Origin: a virus
Taxonomy: Duplodnaviria; Heunggongvirae; Uroviricota; Caudoviricetes
Virus record (IMG/VR): IMGVR_UViG_3300039159_000198
Direction: 5' to 3' (one strand)
Length of the DNA: 64,000 nt
The position numbers and the translations under genes were made by a program. Position 1 is the stretch's first letter. Every line of letters starts with the position of its first letter. The notes below the pieces were generated by a model, which was not told the origin of the DNA, did no database searches, and saw nothing but the letters and a program-made list of their open reading frames with translations. Positions 56,860 to 64,000 of the stretch are shown piece by piece.

Positions 56860-58991
56860 TGGCGTTTAATTATAACATAAATGTAACGGGAGATTGTTTA
56901 CATACTTCTAGTGGAGTAATTGATTTATCTATATCCGGAGGTTCACAACCTTATACGGTACAATGGATTGAGCCGGTATTACCGACTAACATAATATTAT
57001 CGTCTCTCACTAAAACAAACTTGTATAGTACGACTTACAGTATTAAAGTTACTGATAGTTCATTACCGACAAACCAAATTGAATATTTAAATATTCCTGT
57101 CTCAAGTGGAGTGTGTTGTAATATTCTAAATGTTGGTAACACTACTTGTTCTCAAAATAACGGAACAGTCACAGGTTCTTCAACTACTCAATACTCATCA
57201 ACTAACTATTATCTATATTATAATAATGATGTTTTTATTCAATCCGCAACGACAAATCAAAATAGTGTTATTTTTGGTAGTTTAACTGCTGGAACTTATT
57301 ATATGACGGTATTAGACCTTGGAGGTTGTACGGGAAGAAGTCAAAATTTTATCGTTGAAAATTCTCAGCCATTTGAATATGGTCTTTATACTGTACCGAA
57401 TTCAAGTTGTGGTGGTATACCAATAGGTAAAATAACGGTAACAGGACAAACAGGGGTTTCACCATATACTTATCTTTGGAGTAATGGACAAACGGGTTCA
57501 ACAATTACCGGATTAACAGAAGGGAATTATTCGGTTAACGTAATTGATTCTTTAGGGTGTTCTTTAACTAAAAACACAACCGTCACTAAAATTGACGCAA
57601 TTGGATTTGGGTTATTTACTGCCACACCACCGGGATGTTTTTCAAGTAATGGGGTTTTAAGTTTGACAATCACAGGTGGTACTTCACCATATTATTACTC
57701 CGCATCGACGGGGGATGTTTTAATATCTTATTCTAAAACATTCAGTATTAGTGGTTTATCTTCAGGGCAGTATTCTTTTTTAGTTACGGATGCGGGATTT
57801 TGTCAAACATTTGCAACAACAACTTTAGTATCCGCATCAGGAATTCAGTCGGTTTCGGTTGTTGTTCAAAATTCTAGTTGTTCGAGTAATGATGGTAATG
57901 TTAAAATTTCTGTTATTGGTGGAGCTACACCATATACTTTTACATTGATTAGTCCAAGTAGTGAAGTTTTAAATGTAAATACGATACAATCTAGTCAAAC
58001 ATTTAATAATTTATCCGGAGGTACTTATACTGTTAGTGTCAGTGATTACTTAGGTTGTTCATATATTGAGGAAGTTAATATAATTGCGGAAAATAAATAC
58101 ACCATATCAACTTCAGTTACAGGTACAACTTGTGGACAATCAAATGGTTATGTTACAATAACTACAAGTCCCGGGGCAGTATTACCTATTGACTATTCGG
58201 TTGATAATGGGATATATGATATAATTAATACGACTTTAACTTCGGTTACTTTTAACAATTTGAGTGCTGGTGCTCATACAATTACGGTTTCGGATGATAC
58301 AAATTGTATTCAAACAACAAATGTTATGATTACCGGTAGTGTTCCGTTAGATTTTTCACTTTATAGTACCTCTTGTGGGGCAGGTAATTCGGGAAAAATA
58401 ACGGCATTTATAAATCAAGGTCAGACACCATTTAATTTTAATTGGTCTAATAACATACCAAATAACCCACAACAAATTCAGGTTTCGGGATTAACGGGAG
58501 GAACTTATAGTTTAACATTGGTTGGTGGTGATGGATGTTCATTATCACGTACAACAAGTATTAGTTGTAATCAAAGTTTAACTTCTTATCAAACATACGT
58601 TATGGGGTCAGAGGTATTTAATATTACTTCACCAACTAAGTTTGGTATATTACAAATGTTAAATGAAGGTTATTATGACTTAACGTTAGATAATACGGGA
58701 TGTAATTTTGTTAATGCGACATTTACGGCTAAAGTGACAGTAAATCCTTTAAATTTAACAACAAGTAATGCCTTCTATACTACAACTTCATTGGTTGACG
58801 TACCTCAGGATAATCTTTATTATGATACAATAACTCAATTATTATTAAGTGTTCCGGGGGTTGGAAATGTTATTGTAAATCCTATAGAAAATCAAATAAC
58901 TATTGAAACGATAAAGGGTGATAACACTTTAAATGGTCAAGAGATTATTATTGATTTGATTATTGTTTATGACATAGTGTGTTTAACTTAA
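56859..58991 (+). CDS. SprB-like repeat (Ig-like) protein, probable tail appendage/adhesin
   Basis: Repeated C...G.I....GG..PYTY.W...TGLT.G.YSV.V.D..GC units. Confidence 0.75.
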   Translation: MAFNYNINVTGDCLHTSSGVIDLSISGGSQPYTVQWIEPVLPTNIILSSLTKTNLYSTTYSIKVTDSSLPTNQIEYLNIPVSSGVCCNILNVGNTTCSQNNGTVTGSSTTQYSSTNYYLYYNNDVFIQSATTNQNSVIFGSLTAGTYYMTVLDLGGCTGRSQNFIVENSQPFEYGLYTVPNSSCGGIPIGKITVTGQTGVSPYTYLWSNGQTGSTITGLTEGNYSVNVIDSLGCSLTKNTTVTKIDAIGFGLFTATPPGCFSSNGVLSLTITGGTSPYYYSASTGDVLISYSKTFSISGLSSGQYSFLVTDAGFCQTFATTTLVSASGIQSVSVVVQNSSCSSNDGNVKISVIGGATPYTFTLISPSSEVLNVNTIQSSQTFNNLSGGTYTVSVSDYLGCSYIEEVNIIAENKYTISTSVTGTTCGQSNGYVTITTSPGAVLPIDYSVDNGIYDIINTTLTSVTFNNLSAGAHTITVSDDTNCIQTTNVMITGSVPLDFSLYSTSCGAGNSGKITAFINQGQTPFNFNWSNNIPNNPQQIQVSGLTGGTYSLTLVGGDGCSLSRTTSISCNQSLTSYQTYVMGSEVFNITSPTKFGILQMLNEGYYDLTLDNTGCNFVNATFTAKVTVNPLNLTTSNAFYTTTSLVDVPQDNLYYDTITQLLLSVPGVGNVIVNPIENQITIETIKGDNTLNGQEIIIDLIIVYDIVCLT

Positions 58992-59073
58992 TATGTTATA
59001 AATTGTTGTTACGATACTAATTTATAATTAGATAAACTAAACGACATAGTATTTATATCTAAAGAATACACTT

Positions 59074-59394
59074 ATGGTAAAAATAGAAATAAATGCAATA
59101 ACTGGTGGTGAATTACCAATTAATGTATACGCTTGCGATGTTTATCTAAATAATTGTGCATTAGTTGGGGTTATCTCAACATCTGTTCCGCCATCTGTTA
59201 CTTTTATATTACCTCCTTTATTTAACACGGCTTCTGCAATTGGAATCTTACTACGAGATGCAAATAATTGTGAAAAATTTGAAATTGCTGTTTGTGGGGA
59301 TTCGGGTTATAGTTATATATTCCAAAACGCCGATGATAACTATGTATACCAATTTATGGACTTTGTTATTTATCAATTTCAGGGTGATAATTAA
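59074..59394 (+). CDS. Small structural/fibre-associated hypothetical protein
   Basis: Preceded by TATTTAT; G..P..VYACD...C, D.NNC; C-terminal FQ-rich motif. Confidence 0.65.
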   Translation: MVKIEINAITGGELPINVYACDVYLNNCALVGVISTSVPPSVTFILPPLFNTASAIGILLRDANNCEKFEIAVCGDSGYSYIFQNADDNYVYQFMDFVIYQFQGDN

Positions 59395-59442
59395 ATTTTA
59401 GTATTTGAATAAAAATTAAAGTATTTATAATAAAAAAGAATA

Positions 59443-62400
59443 ATGCCGATATACCAAAGACTTACCGACCGAGAATTTTCACCAAGTGCTGTAACATTTG
59501 ATGATTTAATACATATTGTAATAACAGGAGATACGACTCAAAGTCCCGAAGGTTCATCTTTCAAGGTTACTTTGGGTGATGTTGCTCATGTTTTATCCGG
59601 AGGAACAGGAACTTCAGGAACAAGTGGTACTTCAGGTATTAATGGTACCAATGGAACCTCAGGTACTTCAGGAACTAGTGGTAGTTCGGGAACTAGTGGT
59701 AGTTCGGGAACTAGTGGTAGTTCGGGGTATGAAGGTAATTTGGCTATGTGGAGGTTTAATGATAACACCGACACTAGTACTGACCCGGGTAATGGTTATT
59801 TTAAGTTAGATTCTACGACTTGGGGTCAAACTACTACTTTAATTGCTATTGATAATTTTTCATTTTTACCGTCAATATCTTTTGCAACAATATTAGATTC
59901 CGTAACTATAGGTTCAATCTTAAAGATTGTTAGTATTACGGATTCAACAACATTTAAATATTTTCAAATTACAAGTATAAATCCAATTGAATCAGGATTT
60001 GAAACTTACTCTGTTAGTCAAATTGCTGCTGGAGGTTCTGACCCTGATTTAGATGATGTGTTTGCTTTAAACATTTTAGGGTCGCCGGGAACAAGTGGTA
60101 CTTCGGGGTCTTCAGGAACATCAGGTACTTCAGGCACAAGTGGAACTAGTGGAACATCAGGTAGTAGCGGAACAAGTGGCTCTTCAGGGACTAGCGGTTC
60201 ATCAGGTTCTGGCGGTACGAGTGGTTCTTCAGGTACTTCAGGAACATCAGGAACAAGTGGTACGTCTGCAACTTCAGGAACATCAGGTAGTACGGGAACT
60301 AGTGGAACTTCAGGTTCAACAGGTACTTCGGGTTCTTCAGGAACTTCAGGAACTAGCGGTACTTCAGGAACATCAGGTTCGACAGGAACAAGCGGAACAT
60401 CTGGTTCAAGTGGTACTTCAGGTAGTGCAGGAACTAGCGGAATAGATGGTACAAGTGGAACCTCTGGTTCAACAGGTACTTCGGGAACTTCGGGAACTAG
60501 TGGTTCTTCAGGAACTAGTGGAACATCAGGTTCAACAGGTACAAGTGGTTCAACAGGTACAAGTGGTTCTTCAGGGACATCTGGCTCAACAGGAACTTCA
60601 GGGACTTCAGGAACAACAGGAACAACAGGAACAAGCGGGACTTCAGGAACTAGCGGTACTACGGGTACAGGCGGAACTTCAGGAACCTCAGGAACTAGTG
60701 GCACAGATGGTACTTCGGGAACTAGTGGTACTTCAGGAACTAGTGGTACAGATGGAATATCAGGGACTTCAGGAACTAGTGGTACCGATGGTACAAGTGG
60801 AACAGATGGTACATCAGGAACAACAGGAACTAGCGGAACAACAGGGACTTCAGGTTCAAGTGGAACATCAGGAACTTCAGGAACAACGGGAACTAGCGGA
60901 ACAACAGGAACTAGTGGTACTTCAGGGACAACAGGGACTAGCGGTTCATCAGGTTCTAGCGGTACGAGTGGTTCTTCAGGTACTTCAGGAACATCAGGAA
61001 CAAGTGGTACGTCTGCAACTTCAGGAACATCAGGTAGTACGGGAACTAGTGGAACTTCAGGTTCAACAGGTACTTCGGGTTCTTCAGGAACTTCAGGAAC
61101 TAGCGGTACTTCAGGAACATCAGGTTCGACAGGAACAAGCGGAACATCTGGTTCAAGTGGTACTTCAGGTAGTGCAGGAACTAGCGGAATAGATGGTACA
61201 AGTGGAACCTCTGGTTCAACAGGTACTTCGGGAACTTCGGGAACTAGTGGTTCTTCAGGAACTAGTGGAACATCAGGTTCAACAGGTACAAGTGGTTCAA
61301 CAGGTACAAGTGGTTCTTCAGGGACATCTGGCTCAACAGGAACTTCAGGGACTTCAGGAACAACAGGAACAACAGGAACAAGCGGGACTTCAGGAACTAG
61401 CGGTACTACGGGTACAGGCGGAACTTCAGGAACCTCAGGAACTAGTGGCACAGATGGTACTTCGGGAACTAGTGGTACTTCAGGAACTAGTGGTACAGAT
61501 GGAATATCAGGGACTTCAGGAACTAGTGGTACCGATGGTACAAGTGGAACAGATGGTACATCAGGAACAACAGGAACTAGCGGAACAACAGGGACTTCAG
61601 GTTCAAGTGGAACATCAGGAACTTCAGGAACAACGGGAACTAGCGGAACAACAGGAACTAGTGGTACTTCAGGGACAACAGGGACTAGCGGAACAACGGG
61701 CACTAGCGGAACGTCAGGTACCAGCGGTACATCAGGTACAACAGGAACATCAGGAACAACAGGAACATCAGGAACTAGCGGTACAACAGGTACTTCAGGA
61801 ACATCAGGAGTTAATGTAGGTTCATCTGCGGTTATTATATTAGGTGGTGGTACACTTTCTTCTGTTAGAACGGGAGTTAGTAATACATCGGCGGGTAATT
61901 ATTCAGCGGCTTTAGGTGGAAAAAATAACAACTCTTCAGGTAATTTTTCAACAGTTGGGGGGGGTCTTTGTAATATATCATCAAGTTATTATTCAACAGT
62001 TGGAGGTGGTCTTTCTAATACATCATCAGGTAGTTGGTCAACAGTTGGAGGTGGTCGTCTCAATACATCATCAGGTAGTCGTTCAACAGTTGGGGGGGGT
62101 TTTTGTAATACCGCTTCAGGAGATTATTCAACAGTTGGGGGTGGTTTTTGTAATACATCATCAGCTTTTTATTCAACAGTTGGAGGTGGTCGTCTAAATA
62201 TATCATCAGGTATTCGTTCAACAATTGGAGGGGGTTATTGTAATATATCATCAGGTAATAGTTCAACAGTTGGAGGTGGTCGTTTCAATACATCATCAGG
62301 TGATTTTTCAACAATTGGTGGAGGTTTAAGTAATATATCATCAGGTAGTACTTCAACAGTTGGAGGTGGTCGTCTCAATACATCATCAGGTAGTTTTTCA

Positions 62401-63987
62401 ACAGTTGGGGGGGGTTATTGTAATATATCAACGGCGACTTTAAGTACAATCGCCGGAGGTCATAGAAATATATTATGTTCTCCAACAAATCAATGTTGTT
62501 CAAGAGGAGCAACAATCGGTGGTGGTGTTGGAAATAATACCTCAGGTGGGACATTAAATGAAAACACAGGTATTATAACCGGTGTAATATGTTGTTTTGC
62601 GCCTGGAGCGTTTTCAACAATTGGTGGAGGTTTAAGGAATGTTACGACAGGTATATGTTCAACAGTTGGAGGTGGTAGTAATAATACATCATCAGGTACT
62701 CGTTCAACAGTTGGGGGTGGTATTGGTAATAAATCATCAGGTATTAATTCAACAGTTGGGGGTGGTTGTTGTAATATATCAACAGGTAGTAATTCAACAG
62801 TTGGAGGTGGTAGTAATAATACATCATCATATTATTATTCAACAGTTGGAGGTGGTCGTCTCAATATATCATCATCTAATAATTCAACAGTTGGGGGTGG
62901 TCTTTCTAATACATCATCAGGTTATTCTTCAACAGTTGGGGGTGGTTTTCGTAATGAATCATTAAGTAATAGTTCAACAGTTGGGGGTGGTTATTTTAAT
63001 ACATCATCAAATTATTTTTCAACAGTTGGGGGTGGTTGTTGTAATATATCATCAGGTAGTGCTTCAACAGTTGGGGGTGGTCTTGGTAATACATCATCAG
63101 GTAATAGTTCAACAGTTGGGGGTGGTTGTTGTAATATATCAACAGGTAGTAATTCAACAGTTGGAGGTGGTTTTTGTAATACATCATCATATTATTATTC
63201 AACAGTTGGGGGTGGTTTTTGTAATATATCAACAGGTATTAGTTCAACAGTTGGGGGGGGTTATTGTAATATATCAACAGCGACTTTAAGTACAATCGCC
63301 GGAGGTCATAGAAATATATTATGTTCTCCAACAAATCAATGTTGTTCAAGAGGAGCAACAATCGGTGGTGGTGTTGGAAATAATACCTCAGGTGGGACAT
63401 TAAATGAAAACGTAGGTATTATAACCGGTGTAATATGTTGTTTTGCGCCTGGAGCGTTTTCAACAATTGGTGGAGGTTTAAGGAATGTTACGACAGGTAT
63501 ATGTTCAACAGTTGGAGGTGGTCTTGGTAATACATCATCAGGTAGTAATTCAACAGTTGGGGGTGGTTGTCGTAATACATCATCAGGTAATTTTTCAACA
63601 GTTGGAGGTGGTCGTTCTAATACATCATCAGGTAGTTTTTCAACAGTTGGGGGGGGTTTTTGTAATACATCATCAAATTATTTTTCAACAGTTGGGGGTG
63701 GTTATTTTAATACATCATCAAATTATTTTTCAACAGTTGGAGGTGGTCGTTTCAATACATCATCAGGTAATTGTTCAACAGTTGGGGGTGGTCTTTCTAA
63801 TACATCATCAGGTTATTCTTCAACAGTTGGGGGTGGTTTTCGTAATACATCATCAGGTAATAGTTCAACAGTTGGGGGTGGTTGTTGTAATATATCAACA
63901 GGTATTAGTTCAACAGTTGGTGGGGGTTATTGTAATACATCATCAGCTTTTTATTCAACAGTTGGAGGTGGTCGTCTAAATATATAA
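59443..63987 (+). CDS. Long tail fibre-like protein with collagen-like G-T-S repeats and a 15-aa STVGGG repeat domain (TAA at 63985 probably premature)
   Basis: More than 550 Gly-X-Y triplets, then about 38 STVGGGxxNxSSxxx units; the repeat continues in frame past the stop. Confidence 0.8.
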   Translation: MPIYQRLTDREFSPSAVTFDDLIHIVITGDTTQSPEGSSFKVTLGDVAHVLSGGTGTSGTSGTSGINGTNGTSGTSGTSGSSGTSGSSGTSGSSGYEGNLAMWRFNDNTDTSTDPGNGYFKLDSTTWGQTTTLIAIDNFSFLPSISFATILDSVTIGSILKIVSITDSTTFKYFQITSINPIESGFETYSVSQIAAGGSDPDLDDVFALNILGSPGTSGTSGSSGTSGTSGTSGTSGTSGSSGTSGSSGTSGSSGSGGTSGSSGTSGTSGTSGTSATSGTSGSTGTSGTSGSTGTSGSSGTSGTSGTSGTSGSTGTSGTSGSSGTSGSAGTSGIDGTSGTSGSTGTSGTSGTSGSSGTSGTSGSTGTSGSTGTSGSSGTSGSTGTSGTSGTTGTTGTSGTSGTSGTTGTGGTSGTSGTSGTDGTSGTSGTSGTSGTDGISGTSGTSGTDGTSGTDGTSGTTGTSGTTGTSGSSGTSGTSGTTGTSGTTGTSGTSGTTGTSGSSGSSGTSGSSGTSGTSGTSGTSATSGTSGSTGTSGTSGSTGTSGSSGTSGTSGTSGTSGSTGTSGTSGSSGTSGSAGTSGIDGTSGTSGSTGTSGTSGTSGSSGTSGTSGSTGTSGSTGTSGSSGTSGSTGTSGTSGTTGTTGTSGTSGTSGTTGTGGTSGTSGTSGTDGTSGTSGTSGTSGTDGISGTSGTSGTDGTSGTDGTSGTTGTSGTTGTSGSSGTSGTSGTTGTSGTTGTSGTSGTTGTSGTTGTSGTSGTSGTSGTTGTSGTTGTSGTSGTTGTSGTSGVNVGSSAVIILGGGTLSSVRTGVSNTSAGNYSAALGGKNNNSSGNFSTVGGGLCNISSSYYSTVGGGLSNTSSGSWSTVGGGRLNTSSGSRSTVGGGFCNTASGDYSTVGGGFCNTSSAFYSTVGGGRLNISSGIRSTIGGGYCNISSGNSSTVGGGRFNTSSGDFSTIGGGLSNISSGSTSTVGGGRLNTSSGSFSTVGGGYCNISTATLSTIAGGHRNILCSPTNQCCSRGATIGGGVGNNTSGGTLNENTGIITGVICCFAPGAFSTIGGGLRNVTTGICSTVGGGSNNTSSGTRSTVGGGIGNKSSGINSTVGGGCCNISTGSNSTVGGGSNNTSSYYYSTVGGGRLNISSSNNSTVGGGLSNTSSGYSSTVGGGFRNESLSNSSTVGGGYFNTSSNYFSTVGGGCCNISSGSASTVGGGLGNTSSGNSSTVGGGCCNISTGSNSTVGGGFCNTSSYYYSTVGGGFCNISTGISSTVGGGYCNISTATLSTIAGGHRNILCSPTNQCCSRGATIGGGVGNNTSGGTLNENVGIITGVICCFAPGAFSTIGGGLRNVTTGICSTVGGGLGNTSSGSNSTVGGGCRNTSSGNFSTVGGGRSNTSSGSFSTVGGGFCNTSSNYFSTVGGGYFNTSSNYFSTVGGGRFNTSSGNCSTVGGGLSNTSSGYSSTVGGGFRNTSSGNSSTVGGGCCNISTGISSTVGGGYCNTSSAFYSTVGGGRLNI
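60185..61691 (+). repeat. Near-perfect 747-bp (249-codon) tandem duplication within the G-T-S region
   Basis: CAGGGACTAGCGG at 60185, 60932 and 61679; identical shadow ORFs at 60446 and 61193; only mismatch noticed is 60211 G vs 60958 A. Confidence 0.9.
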
Positions 63988-64000
63988 TCAGGTATTCGTT
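61948..64000 (+). repeat. 45-bp coding repeat array with a duplicated ~280-bp insert module (62398-62676 and 63244-63522, offset 846)
   Basis: Consensus TCA ACA GTT GGR GGT GGT nnn nnn AAT AYA TCA WCA nnn nnn nnn. Confidence 0.9.

Noticed and set aside
60018-61819. 561 aa minus-strand Pro/Val ORF and Gln/Val-rich plus-strand ORFs
   Set aside because: Alternative-frame shadows of the G-T-S codon repeats.
61916-63979. IHHQ/QQLEVV and MMYY repeat ORFs
   Set aside because: Shadow frames of the 45-bp STVGGG repeat.
1-64000. Stop-codon reassignment as in some large Bacteroidota phages
   Set aside because: Standard-code ORFs are long and tile the window; TAG (11217, 38694, 51994) and TGA (13666, 32875) end genes at sensible positions.
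61948-64000. Complete diversity-generating retroelement
   Set aside because: No reverse transcriptase, Avd-like gene or non-coding template repeat is visible; kept only as a hypothesis in the findings.
1-64000. tRNA, rRNA or known structured ncRNA genes
   Set aside because: No cloverleaf or T-loop signature seen in the short AT-rich intergenic gaps; a covariance-model scan was not run.

Overview
64 kb of an AT-rich, standard-genetic-code genome from a large contractile-tailed (myovirus-type, T4-distant) bacteriophage. Sequence cues point to a Bacteroidota host: a full TTTG-N20-TAnnTTTG promoter upstream of ssb, no Shine-Dalgarno motifs, and SprB-like repeats. Gene order: (-) truncated Mn/Fe-SOD missed by the ORF track and an SNF2 helicase; (+) HNH endonuclease, neck/tail-completion genes, small proteins with a shared N-terminal (I/L/V)xE motif, tail sheath, HAD phosphatase, a 56-bp ACTAG tandem array, tail tube, Hef-like endonuclease, tail chaperone with a hidden +1-frame extension, tape-measure-like protein, large baseplate/hub proteins; a replication block (gp32-like SSB, UvsX/RecA, 5'-3' exonuclease, Acb2/Tad1-like small protein, DnaB with intein, nrdB, nrdA); a second baseplate block; and a repeat-rich tail fibre. 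Main highlights: (1) nrdA is fractured just after its catalytic Cys into two genes carrying the halves of a natural split intein, with a free-standing GIY-YIG/NUMOD endonuclease in between; (2) a TATTTAT motif precedes about 15 structural, cargo and endonuclease genes (candidate late promoter); (3) a set of putative head-packaged cargo enzymes (SOD, ART-like, HAD) share a protease-type leader; (4) a probable programmed +1 (or -2) frameshift in the tail chaperone; (5) an ACTTGGACA direct/inverted repeat switch in the uvsX leader; (6) an origin-like ACTAG array; (7) a highly recombinogenic tail fibre gene. All functional calls come from motif recognition by eye; no database search was run.
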